NCBI GenBank assembly: GCA_951406725.2
Contig: OX597816.1
Location: 166,346,001 to 166,410,000 of the forward strand
DNA: 64,000 nt
Direction of reading: 5' to 3'
Origin: Octopus vulgaris
Taxonomy: Eukaryota
The translations under genes were made by a program, and so were the position numbers. This document shows, piece after piece, positions 26,985 to 38,939 of the stretch; position 1 is the first letter of the stretch, and each line of letters starts with the position of its first letter. The notes beneath the pieces were generated by a model. The model was not told the DNA's origin, did no database searches, and saw nothing but the letters and a program-made list of their open reading frames with translations.

Positions 26985-28043
26985 CTGCAATGTAAATACA
27001 TGTTGGATTTCAATGTCCTGTTATTAACTGAGCTCTTAATTATCAAGGATCCTTTATATAATGTAAATACATCTATTCTCTATATGGATTGCGGCACTCC
27101 GTCGGTTACGACGACGAGTGTTGCAGTTGACCCGATCAACGGAACAGCCTGCTCGTGAAATTAACGTGCAAGCGGCTGAGCACTCCACAGACACGTGTAG
27201 CTTTAACGTAGTTCTCAGGGGAAGAATAAGCGTGACACAGTGTGTCACAAGGCTGGCCCTTTGAAATACAGGTACAACAGAAACAGGAAGAAAGAGTAAG
27301 CGAAATTTGTGGTGAAAGAGTATAGCGGGGTTTGCCATCACCCCCTGCCGGAGAATCGTGGAGCTTTAGGTGTTTTCGCTTAATAAGCACTCACAACGCC
27401 CGGTCTGGGAATCGAAACCGCGATCCCACGACCGCCAGTCCGCTGCCCTAACCACTAGGTCATTGCGCCACCACTCTATATGGATACATATAGCACATCG
27501 TTAGAATCAATAAAAAAAATTGTAGAATTAAAAAAACATTTCGTTGGACACCGAATTCTCATTAGTATACACCGTTTAGCGTGGAGGCGCAATGGCCCAG
27601 TGGTTAGGGCAGCGGACTCGCGGTCTTTGGATCGCGGTTTCGATTCCCAGACCGGGCGTTGTGAGTGTTTATTGAGCGAAAACACCTAAAAGCTCCACGA
27701 GGCTCCGGCAGGGGATGGTGGTGATCCCTGCTGTACTCTTTCACTACAACTTTCTTTCACTCTTACTTCCTGTTTCTGTTGTACCTGTATTTCAAGGGGC
27801 CGGCCTTGTCACTCTCTGTGTCACGCTGAATATACCCGAGAACTACGTTAAGGGTGCACGTGTCTGTGGAGTGCTCAGCCACTTACACGTTAATTTCACG
27901 AGCAGGGTGTTCCGTTGATTCGGATCAACCGGAACCCTCATCGTCTTAACCGACGAAGTGCTTCCACACCGTTTAGCATATGTAGCTAAAACTCATTGAT
28001 AGAATCAATAAGATGATTGTAGGTTGAACGAATATTTCGTTAC

Positions 28044-28144
28044 CGTGTAATGTAATATCGAATCCTTTAGTAGACAAATGGTAGCATTGGAAAGCTTGGG
28101 ATGCCTGAATTGGCTTTGATCTAATTTGTATACTTTGCTCTCAC
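28044..28144 (-). other. Candidate minus-strand internal exon A, 101 nt (also 25707-25807, 23458-23558, 21204-21304)
   Basis: Branch-like CTAAT, acceptor TATTTCTTTCTTTTATGAATTTCACAG and donor ACG|GTAACG. Only one frame is open: GESKVYKLDQSQFRHPKLSNATICLLKDSILHYT. Confidence 0.45.
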
Positions 28145-28224
28145 CTGTGAAATTCATAAAAGAAAGAAATATAAGTTGACCTACAATTAGTGTATGGGTT
28201 CAATGTCTCCATTTAGTAATATGA

Positions 28225-28760
28225 ATAGAAAGAAATAACAAGAGTTAAAGGAAAAGAAAAAGTTTTGTTAACATTTTTTTTTTATGATTCGAATATATTT
28301 CACTCCACAAATAACTATAACTACTAATAACTTGTGGGATCTGGTCGTTAAACGTCACCATAGAAAGAAATAACAAGAGTTAACAAAGGAAGGAAAAAGT
28401 TTTGTTAACATTTTTTTTTATGATTCTATAACTAAATAACTATAACTACTAATAACTTGTGGGATCTGTCGTTAAACGTCACATAGAGAAATAACAAGAG
28501 TTAACAAAGGAAGGAGAAAGTTTGTTAAATTTTTTTATGATTCTATAACTAAATAACTATAACTACTAATAACTTGGGGATCTGTCGTTAACGTCACATA
28601 GAAAGAAATAAGAGTTAACAAAGGAAGAGAGAAAAGTTTTGTTAACATTTTTTTATGTTTTAACTAATAATATAACTACTAATAACGTGGGTCTGGTCGA
28701 AACGTCACCATAGAAAGAAATAACAAATTAACAAAGATTCATTTTTATGATCAATACATT
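28225..28760. repeat. ~120-bp AT-rich tandem repeat, indel-rich
   Basis: Recurring ATAGAAAGAAATAACAAGAGTTAA...CTACTAATAACTTGTGGGATCT, about 4-5 copies here and about 2 in the other array units. Confidence 0.85.
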
Positions 28761-28786
28761 TCACTCCACAAATAACTATAACTACT

Positions 28787-29153
28787 TCCTAAGCACTCCG
28801 TCGGTTACGACGATGAGGGTTCCGGTTGATCCGAATCAACGGAACAGCCTGCTCGTGAAATTAACTCCACAGACACGTGCACCCTTAACGTAGTTCTCGG
28901 GGATATTCAGCGTGACACAGAGAGTGACAAGGCCGGCCCTTTGAAATACAGGTACAACAGAAACAGTAAGTAAGAGTGAGAGAAAGTTGTAGTGAAAGAG
29001 TACAGCAGGGATCACCACCATCCCCTGCCGGAGCCTCGTGGAGCTTTTTGGTGTTTTCGCTCAATAAACACTCACAACGCCCGGTCTGGGAATCGAAACC
29101 GCAATCCTATGACCGCGAGTCCGCTGCCCTAACCACTGGGCCATTGCGCCTCC
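28787..29153 (-). mobile_element. SINE family 2 with TSD
   Basis: TSD ACTATAACTACT at 28775-28786 and 29154-29165. Confidence 0.9.
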
Positions 29154-29387
29154 ACTATAACTACTAATAACTTGTGGGATCTAGTCGTTCTCATTCGCAA
29201 AACGAGTCCCACCTTAATTTTGCTCAGATTGCTTTCAATTTTGGTGTATCGATGCAACTATGAATTTTGATTACGATCAACCAATTACCTTACCTCGTTA
29301 ATTAAAGAATCTGTTGTTATTTGGAATTAAAGTTTGGAAATTTGGATAATTTTAGTCAATCAACAGGCTGCCTAGCATCAGCAGCTT

Positions 29388-29401
29388 GTTACCATGACAA
29401 C
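29388..29401. promoter_or_regulatory. RFX X-box motif (second, weaker motif at 29367-29379)
   Basis: GTTACCATGACAAC (reverse complement GTTGTCATGGTAAC) fits the palindromic RFX site. GCTGCCTAGCATC is 2 mismatches from GTTGCCTAGCAAC. Confidence 0.5.
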
Positions 29402-29447
29402 CGCACGCTGTGGTGTGGTTCACTGTTGTCTTGTGCCGCTGATGTCT

Positions 29448-29493
29448 ATGTTGATTTCACCCGCGTGTTACGTTTTGATTTTTCTGTGTGTTG
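29448..29493 (+). CDS. Candidate first coding exon (signal peptide) of the GH20 hexosaminidase
   Basis: ATG...MLISPACYVLIFLCV then G|GTATAC (phase 1) joins the phase-1 acceptor at 32612 to give MLISPACYVLIFLCVALVAG-ITQET. In-frame upstream ATGs at 29442 and 29394. The donor is weak. Confidence 0.55.
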
Positions 29494-29574
29494 GTATACC
29501 ACATATTTTTCTGTACAATCATGATTTTTGATGAACTTATAAATAATTATGAATTTATTTTACTACCCGTGAAG

Positions 29575-29815
29575 TCACATGGCTCAGTGGTTAGAGCGTC
29601 GAGCTTGCGATCATGAGGTTGTGAGTTCGAATGCCGGACCGGGCTGCGTGTTGCGCTCTTGAGCAAGACACTTTATTTCACATTGCTCCAGTTTACTCAG
29701 CTGTTCAAATGAGTTGCGTCGTCACATGTGCCATAAACAACTTTGCCCGAACTTGTACCTGGGAGGGGAATTTTCTAGGTGCAATCCCACGGTCAGTCAT
29801 GACCGAAGAGGTCTC
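29575..29815 (+). mobile_element. tRNA-derived SINE with a V/Meta-like core (related element at ~52445-52770, minus strand)
   Basis: A box TGGCTCAGTGG, B box GTTCGAATGCC, core CTTGAGCAAGACACTT...TGCTCCAGTTTACTCAGCTGT. Confidence 0.7.
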
Positions 29816-30123
29816 AGAGACTTTATTGAAACGTTTATGTAAACTGTTTAAACACAAAACCTTTCTTATCATTGTCAAAGATTATATTTCTTAACATTTT
29901 CTTATCATTGACAAAGACTCTATCACTGTATTTTGATACAACTATGTTAGCTAATTTTTAACACCACAAAGGCTACACAAAACCTTGCACTTTACAATTT
30001 GAAAATCTTTTTTTTAAAAAGTGAGACCACTCAAGTCAATAAACATCTTTAAAAGACCTTTGCATTTTCAAATCCTCTTCCCTATATATTTTCACTCGTG
30101 CGGTACCTTGCAATTTTACTTTG

Positions 30124-30198
<75 letters not shown>

Positions 30199-30202
30199 TA
30201 TA

Positions 30203-30482
30203 TACGTTTAAATATTTGTTGTGCAAGATTTTTTATGTGAAGTCATGTGTTGAAACAGATATTGTTGTATTTAGGAATGGTCATTTTGCCAGTTTAGCCA
30301 ATAAAATAAGTAAGAAGAAAACAAAGGACCACTGATGCGGTCACAGGAGTGTGACGAAAGAACTCTGGCCGAAATAAGATTAAGATTAATGTAAAAAATA
30401 AATAACACTGAAGCAAAGTAACACCAAATATATAGTGCGTGTGTTTTTATTGGCTAAACTGGCAAAATGACCATTCCTAAAT

Positions 30483-30490
<8 letters not shown>
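30203..30490. mobile_element. (TA)n-flanked element with an internal inversion and a hammerhead-like motif
   Basis: 30446-30491 is the reverse complement of ~30260-30305. Inverted copies of 30203-30418 sit in the 2.25-kb array. Confidence 0.6.
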
Positions 30491-30560
<70 letters not shown>

Positions 30561-30571
30561 ATATATATATA

Positions 30572-31064
30572 CCGTAAATCCTCGAGTATAATCCGTATTT
30601 TCCCCAAATCCCTAGTGCGTACTATATACGAGGTTAAAAATGAAAATTATTTTCAAAGCAATGTCCGAGATTCTATTTGCTATCCGGCAATGTTTATTCA
30701 GACGCATTTTGTGATGTCGGGCGCGAAAATACCTTAAACTAAGCCTAAAAGCAATGAAGTCATAAAAGAATCATCCATAACTGGCAGTAAGCAACATTTA
30801 TTAAACGTTATTACTGTTATTTCTTAATTTTCTGCAAACAAAATGCACAAAAAAGCTACACGTTTGCATTATGTTATATATACAACAATAATAAAGGACG
30901 TTACCGTATACATTTTTACAAACCAAGGACGTTATATAGACCTTCTTGACTCAAGTTAGAGAAGGGGTGCGTATTATACACAAGGTTTAGGTTTTTCAGA
31001 GGTACAGCCTCCTAAAAATCCCCTGCGTATTATACTCAAGGGCGGACTATACTCGAAGATTTAC

Positions 31065-31066
<2 letters not shown>
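30572..31066. mobile_element. Tc1/pogo-type MITE
   Basis: TIRs CCGTAAATCCTCGAGTATA and TATACTCGAAGATTTACGG, flanked by TA. A second copy is at 60815-61336. Confidence 0.85.
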
Positions 31067-31102
<36 letters not shown>

Positions 31103-31300
31103 CCTACCCTTCGAGCCAGGTAGTAGATGAAAGAGAGACAACTGAAGAAGGGGAATATTCCTTATGCTGCATGTCTCGTTTCTCTGTTTGTTTTTTTCGT
31201 TGATCCCCCAAAAAAGTTCGTTTCTATGTTTTTGTTTTTGTTTTTGTTTCTCGTTGTGTTCAAGGTTTTTTTTTTTTTGATGTCCTGTACCCTTATATGC

Positions 31301-31331
<31 letters not shown>

Positions 31332-31332
31332 T

Positions 31333-31506
31333 AGGCGCAGGAGTAGCTGTGTGGTAAGTAGCTTGCTAACCAACCACATGGTTCTGGGTTCAATCCCAGT
31401 GCGTGGCATCTTGGGCAACTGTCTTCTGCTATAGCCCCGGGCCGACCAATGCCTTGTGAGTGGATTTGGTAGACGGAAACTGAAAGAAGTCTGTCGTATA
31501 TATGTA

Positions 31507-31594
<88 letters not shown>

Positions 31595-31807
31595 TGTGTC
31601 TGTGTTTGTCCCCCTAGCATTGCTTGACAACCGATGCTGGTGTGTTTACGTCCCCGTCACTTAGCGGTTCGGCAAAAGAGACCGATAGAATAAGTACTGG
31701 GCTTACAAAGGATAAGTCCCGGGGTCGATTTGCTCGACTAAATGCGGTGCTCCAGCGTGGCCGCAGTCAAATGACTGAAACAAGTAAAAGAGTAAAAAGA
31801 GTAAAGA

Positions 31808-31810
<3 letters not shown>
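31333..31810 (+). mobile_element. SINE family 1, full-length
   Basis: Head, internal (TA)n(TG)n and tail are all present. Confidence 0.85.
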
Positions 31811-31853
<43 letters not shown>

Positions 31854-32246
31854 ATAGGTGTTAAGTCCTGTCTATATATGGATTGGCTGAAGTTATGTGG
31901 TTATTAAGCTTGTACTTTTATACTACACTGCGGAAGACGGTAGGGATTATAATTTTTGTATGACTTAATAGAGTTGTCGGTGTTTAGTTACGTATTTAGG
32001 AGTGGTTGTAATTTGCTTACTGAATTTATTTACCGTTACGGTCGTACATAGGGTAAATGTATTTGAAAGTTGTGGTTTCTTTGGTTTGTTTGTTCCCAAA
32101 CACCACTTATTTTAGTGGTGTTGACACTGCTGTATTGAATGGTACTGTCCAAGTGTCGAAACCATAATGATATCCGTGGGGCAGCTGATGATGGAGGTAT
32201 GTTGAATTGTTGGTATGACTGTGGAATAGTATTATAACACATTTTG

Positions 32247-32295
<49 letters not shown>

Positions 32296-32611
32296 TTTAT
32301 ATATATATAAGATATACTCCCCAATTTTATCATATATATATATATGCTCGTGTCTGCGTTTGTTGCCCCATCATCGCTTGACAACTGATGTTAGTATGTT
32401 TAAGTAACCGTAACTTAGCGGTTCGGTAAAAGAGGCCGATAGAATAAGTACTAGGTTTACAAAGAATAAGTCCTGGGGTCGATTTCTTCAACTAAAGGCG
32501 GCGCCCCAGCATGGCCGCAGTCAAATGACTGAAACAAGTAAAAGAAAAAGGAACATCAACCAGCAATTATATCTGTCTTGCATTTCAATCATTTTTTCTC
32601 TCTTTTTCTAG

Positions 32612-32990
32612 CGTTGGTAGCTGGAATTACGCAGGAAACGATCGATCAGATAGCCACCAATATGGATATCAAACATGACATATTGAGCAACCTTGATGAT
32701 GGCTTACGCACCTTTCAAGTACAGTTAACCATTACCAACCGTGGCAAAACTGCCATCCCAAAAGATGGTTGGGTGATCTACATCTGTTACATACGTATGA
32801 TAGAACCGAACTACTTACCAAATCCTAAAGGAGTTGTGAGAGATGGTATCAAGATTACTCATCTTCAGGGCTGCACCTTTGCTCTGGAACCAGCTTCTAC
32901 TTTTGAAGCGATTCAGCCAAATGGAGTAAAGAAGATCAAATTTTTAGGAGAAAATTGGATTGTATCTAAAACTGATATAATGCCAAACTG
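32612..32990 (+). CDS. GH20 chitobiase-type beta-hexosaminidase exon 2 (N-terminal carbohydrate-binding CHB_HEX-like domain)
   Basis: TTTTTCTAG| acceptor and TG|GTAAAT donor, phase 1 to 2. Encodes LTITNRG..WVIYICYIRMI..ITHLQG..W.VSKTDIMPNW. Confidence 0.92.
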
Positions 32991-33009
32991 GTAAATTTGC
33001 CTATCTATC

Positions 33010-33147
<138 letters not shown>

Positions 33148-33315
33148 GTATGTATGTATATTAAAATTTTATGTATTGATTAAGTCTTTCCTTGTTTGTT
33201 TTGCAAAATAGTGGTTTTGTCTCTAATAATATTTTATAATATTTTACTATAAAATTGGATTTAATCCTAAATCTGATTTTTTCCCTGTAACTTTGGATTT
33301 ATTCCCTAATATTTA

Positions 33316-33381
<66 letters not shown>

Positions 33382-33426
33382 ATCTGTCTGTCTATTTAGC
33401 TATCTGCCTACCTGTCTAACCACCTG

Positions 33427-33497
<71 letters not shown>

Positions 33498-35683
33498 GTC
33501 TGTCTGTCTGTCTGTTTATCTGCCTGTATGTACGTATGTCTGTATGTAAGCCTGTCTATTTAGTTATCTGTCTATTTAGCTATCTGTCTGTCTAACCACC
33601 TGTCTATCTATCTATTCATAAACGTACGAACACACACACACAAACACGCACACACATGCATACGCTACGCACATACACGCATACATATATACTCACACAT
33701 ACAAATATATACACATGCATGCATATTTATCTCTGTATCTCTCACTCTATGTATGTATGTGTGCGTGTGTGTGTGTATGTGTGTGTGTGTGTGTGTGTCC
33801 AAGTTACTCTTGCGAACCACAATCACGAAGAACGTTATATATGCATCCCTTAAAATCTTAACCGATTGTACACGAAGAAATACTGTTCATACTTATTCAT
33901 ACTTATTCAAAACGTCCTGTAGAAACCATCGTACTTATAGTACACTCTTTAAGTCACCAAGCACTTCTACGTAATATGCAAACGCTCTATTTGCATCCAG
34001 AAAGAGTAATCCAGAAATAGATATAACAATCATTTTAACTTTTAGATACACTAAAGCGAAAAAATGACGAAAATATGCTACTGCAATTATTCAATTCAGC
34101 TTAAAATGGAACATCATTGAAAGATTTAAGATTTTACAGGAACAAAAATAGAAAATGTGATCTTTGCACAGCTGGAAAAAGAATATTATTCTTTATACTT
34201 GTCATTGCACTGATCTGTACTTAAATACTAGATCTGATATTTTCAAAAAGTGTATACACTTTGACAAGCACTTACTAAGTAACCGGATACTACTGGTACA
34301 TCCTGATTAAAAAGATCAACCAACATCCCTGCCCGTTCACTTGTCTATTTCCTTTCCCTTTTCTCCAACTACCCATTAATTAACACATTAGCAGAGATAT
34401 AAATATATGCCAAGGGATATTTCTATATTAATGTTTAACAAGTACAGGTTCCCATTATTATACCCTTGTTCTTTTTATCCCTTTTCTCTTTTCACCTTTC
34501 CTGTCTTCTCTTTAGCTTGTACTATTGCGCTACATTTTGGACTTTAGTTTATTTTAATTATTCATAATATTTTGCTTATGCTTTCATATGTAAATACAAA
34601 GGGAAACAAATTTGCCTGTGCAGTTAGACACTCACTCCTACAAGTGTCGTCGCTCTCTATAAAACTGTATTAGATTAAGTGCTTTGTTTGTTTGTTCGTT
34701 TGTTTGTTTTTATTTTCTTTAAAACTATAATGAACAAATATGTCTTGTATGATGAACGTGTTATTAATCACTAATTAGGCATGAAATTCACCGAAACCAA
34801 AGTATGTATGTATGTATGTACATATGTGTGTTTTTGTGTCTGTGTTTGTCCCCAACAACACCACCACCATCGCTTGACAACTGATGTTGGTGTGTTTGCG
34901 TCTCCGTAACTTAGTGGTTAGGCGAAAGAGACCGTTAGAATAAGTACTAGGCTTAAAAAGATTAAGTTCTGGAATCGATTTCTTCGATTAAAAGCGGTGC
35001 TCCAGAATGGCTGCAGTCAGATAACTGAAACAAGTAAAAGAATAAAAGAGAAAATACTCTGTAATGGGGTTGACATCAGGATGGTATCTCGGTGTATGCA
35101 AAAATGAAACGTTGGAGCAGGTCGGGGTCCTCCAATCCGTTAGAGCCCGCGGAATTGTCTAACAAATATACCATCACAGAAAGCAGGCGTAAAATGATAA
35201 TGAATGTAAAACTTTCTAAGAAAATTTAAACACTGCGTGTAAATACAATATATTATAACCGTTGATGTCTAACAGAGCAGAACAAGTTATGCACTGTATA
35301 TAAGTACTATAAATTTTATGTACGCTAATGTCAACATGGATAGGTGCCAACCATGGTACGATACTCTTGAAGTAAAATAATGCCATAAATCAACTTGCAA
35401 ATGAATGAACCACTAAAGTCTGGATGTAAAGCAATATTTTACAGATTCGAGCTGGCAGAAACGTTAGCACGCCGGGCGAAATGCTTAGCGGTATTTCGTC
35501 TGCCGTTACGTTCTGAGTTCAAATTCCGCCGAGGTCGACTTTGCCTTTTTCGGGGTCGATAAATTAAGTACCGGTTGTGTACTAGGGTTGATCTAATCGA
35601 CTGGGCCACCTCTCCAAAAATTTCGGGTTTTGTGCCTAGAGTAGAAAAGAATATTTTACAGACACACACCTACGTACTCGCTC

Positions 35684-35736
<53 letters not shown>

Positions 35737-35825
35737 CTCATACTCGTATGTAAATATATAGAGAGAGAGTGGGAGAGAAATTTATATATATGTACACACA
35801 CTCTCACATAGACAGATGTATATAA

Positions 35826-36229
35826 TACGAGGTGGTATCAACAAGTTCCGGGACTAGTTATATTTTACATAAATTTTAACATCAGCTCCTTCAAAATAGT
35901 AACTTTGCACCACAGCAATACACCGGTCCAAGCGTTCCTGCCACTTTTCGAGTCCGGCCTGGAAGTCGCTTTCCGTAAGCGAGTCGAGGACCTACGATTT
36001 GTTCTCGATCTCGAGAATGGTGTTAAAAACGGTGACACATTTGAGACGCATTTTCATCTTGGGAAAGAGATGGAAATCCGCAAGTGCTAAATCTGGCGAA
36101 TAGGATGGGGTGCTGAAGCGATGTCATGTTGTTTTGGGCGAGAAACACACGAGTGAGAAAAAGTTCGCTGACAGGGTTCATTGTTGTCATGAAGAAACCA
36201 ATTCTTCGCGCTCTTCGGATCCGATCTCA
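35826..36229 (-). mobile_element. Mariner transposase 3' remnant with TIR
   Basis: The minus strand reads YSPDLALADFHLFPKMK and FEKWQERLDRCIA..YFEG. The terminus is TA-CGAGGTGGTATCAACAAGTTCCGGGACT. Confidence 0.85.
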
Positions 36230-37060
36230 GGCGGCGAGCTGGCAGAACCGGTAGCACGCCGGGCGGCGAGATGCTTAGCCGTATTTCGTCTGCCGTTACG
36301 TTCTGAGTTCAAATTCCGCCGAGGTCGACTTCGCCTTTCATCCTTTCGGGGTCCATAAATTAAGTACCAGTTACGCACTGGGGTCGATGTAATCGACTTA
36401 ATACCTATGTCTGTCCTTGTTTGTCACCTCTATGTTTAGCCCCTTGTGGGTAATAAAGAAATAGGTATTTCGTCTGCCGTTACGTTCTGGGTTCAAATTC
36501 CGCCGAGGTCGGCTTTGCCTTTCATCCTTTCGGGGTCCATAAATTAAGTACCAGTTACGCACTGGGGTCGATATAATCGACTTAATCCGTCTGTCTGTCC
36601 TTGTTTGTCTCCACTGCGTTTAGTCCCTTGTGAGTAGTTAAGAAATAGGTATTGAAGGCGGCGAGCTGGCAGTTACGTTAGCACGCCGGGCGAAGTGCTT
36701 AGCGGTATTTCGTCTGCCGCTACGTTCTGAGTTCAAATTCCGCCGAGATCAACTTTGCCTTTCATCCTTTCGGGATTGATTAAATAAGTACCAGTTATGC
36801 ACTGGGGTCGATATAATAGACTTAATCCGTTTGTCTGTCCTTGTGTGTCCCCTCTGTGTGTGGCCCCTTGTAGGCAGTAAAGCAATACGTATTTCGTCTG
36901 TCATTACGTTCTGAGTTCAAATTCCACCGAGGTCGACTTTGCATTTTATCCTTTCGGGGTCGATAAATTAAGTACCAGTTGCGTACTGGAGTTGATCTAA
37001 TCGACTGGCCCCCGTTCTAAAAATTCCGGGTCTTGTACATAGAGTAGAAGATAAAAGAAT
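36230..37060 (+). mobile_element. SINE family 3 multimer cluster
   Basis: Two heads plus repeated ~183-bp units. Confidence 0.85.
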
Positions 37061-37430
37061 ATCCTTCTCCCCATGAACATATTTAATGGCCTATTGTTGA
37101 GATTTAAGTAAAAAAAAATTCTGGGATTTAAACTGTAATTTAGAAACAAAAGTTCGAAAACCAAAAAAAATGTTAGTCTTTGAATAGTATGATTTCGCCA
37201 AAATTTTCTGAAAATTCCCAAAAAAATTAAAACGTTTTGAGGGGTTATTTTCCGTATGTAAAACAGAATTCCCCCAATTTTAATCGTCAACCAAATTGAA
37301 CTGACCGGTCTTGGAAAACCTCCTAAAGCTATAGACGAAGCACTTTCCTCGGCCCAAACGAACAAATTTAAATATAACTGTAACTTATTTGTATTTTAAA
37401 CTTTCAATTTTTGTTTTTCTGTTATATTAG

Positions 37431-37756
37431 GTATGTCACTGCCCCGGGTTTGACACCAAAAACTATCGTCAGTACAGTTGGAAACAGTTTTGTCGGCGAT
37501 TTCGACAAAGTAGAGAAATGGAAGAGATATGATTTCAAAGAAAATTCTAGCGAGTTACACGATAAATACGACCCGTATACTACGAAATTTCGTTATGCCA
37601 TCAATGATATTAAAGATCTTGGTAAATCTCCAAGTTATGTTATACCGACACCACTGGAAATAAACGTTGATGAGAGTAAAACCATATGCTTAGGAACTAG
37701 AGATTGGGTGGTTATATACCCGGATGTGCTTCTTAATGAGGCTAACTACTTAACAA
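37431..37756 (+). CDS. GH20 hexosaminidase exon 3
   Basis: TATTAG| acceptor and A|GTAAGT donor, phase 2 to 1. Encodes (W)YVTAPGLTP..WKRY..DKYDPYT..VIPTP. Confidence 0.93.
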
Positions 37757-38195
37757 GTAAGTAGAGCGTTTATTGTTTATTATAATTAAATAATTTCTCT
37801 TCGGAAGGAAAGTGAACAAATGCGTAGTGGAATCTGCGGCTAACTCCAAAAAAGAAGATAATCTCAAGAATCCTCCGAGATAAAGCGGCGAGCTGGCAAA
37901 ATTGTTAGTGCGTCGAGCAAAATGCATAGCGACATTCCTTTCAGCTCTCTACGTTCTGAGATCAACTTTGCATTTCATTTTATCGAGATCGATAAAATAA
38001 AGTACCAATCAAATTTCAGGGTTGGTAGTTGTGACTCAGCAACTCCCCGAACAAATTGTTTGCCTTTCACCAATGTTTGAAACAATATTAGATAATTTCC
38101 CCATAAAGATTGACCATACTACCGAAGTCAGAAGACCAGATATGATAAAATAAACGGTGTAAGGTTATACATTTTGTAATTTCCTCTGGAAGTTA

Positions 38196-38935
38196 AGGCG
38201 GCGAGCTGGCAGAAACGTTAGCACGCCGGGCGAAATGCTTAGCGGTATTTCGTCTGCATTACGTTGTGAGTTCAAATTCCGCCGAGGTCGACTTTGCCTT
38301 TCATCCTTTCGGGGTCGATAAATTAAGTACCAGTTACGCACTGGGGTCGATGTAATCGACTTAATACTTTTGTCTGTCCTTGTTTGTCCCCTCTGTGTTT
38401 AGCCCCTTGTGGGTAATAAAGAAATAGGTGTAAGGTTATACATTTTGTAATTTCCTATGGAAGTTAAGGCGGCGAGCTGGCAGAATCGATAGCAAGCCGG
38501 ACGAAATGCGTAGCCGTATTTCGTCTGCCGTTACGTTCTGAGTTCAAATTCCGCCGAGGTCGACTTTGCCTTTCATCCTTTTGCGGTCAATTAAATAAGT
38601 ACCAGTTACACACTGGTGTCGATATAATCGACTTAATCCGTTTGTCTGTCCTTGTTTGTTCCTTCTGCGTTTAGCCCCTTGTGGGTAGTAAAGAAACAGG
38701 TATTTAGTCTGATTTAATTTTCTGAGTTCAAATTCCGCCAAGGTCGACTTTGCCTTTCATCCTTTCGGGGTCGATAAAGTAGCAGTTGCGTCCTGGGGTC
38801 GATCTAATCGACTGGCCCCCCTCTCCAGAAATTTCGGGCCTTGCGCCTAGAGTAGAAAAGAATATTTAAGGCGGCGAGCTGGCAGAAACGTTAGCACGCC
38901 AGGCGAAATGCTTAGCGGTGTTTCGTCTGCCATTA
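38196..38935 (+). mobile_element. SINE family 3 cluster
   Basis: Three heads. A ~40-bp flank is duplicated at 38156-38195 and 38428-38466. Confidence 0.85.
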
Positions 38936-38939
38936 CTAG

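Larger units (their letters stand above)
19832..28863. repeat. Tandem array of a ~2.25-2.35 kb unit, 4 copies (starts ~19832, 21942, 24189, 26469)
   Basis: Repeated order: SINE1, unique, SINE2(-), unique, SINE2(+), unique. Identical ORFs recur at 22377, 24626 and 26910. Confidence 0.95.

Noticed and set aside
27583-27660. tRNA-like sequences (also 29575, 46174 and others) as tRNA genes
   Set aside because: They have A/B boxes but run straight into SINE bodies and lack a clean acceptor stem and terminator.
32030-32250. Possible Penelope ORF remnant (..HLPYV..)
   Set aside because: The motif is too short and degenerate to support a call.
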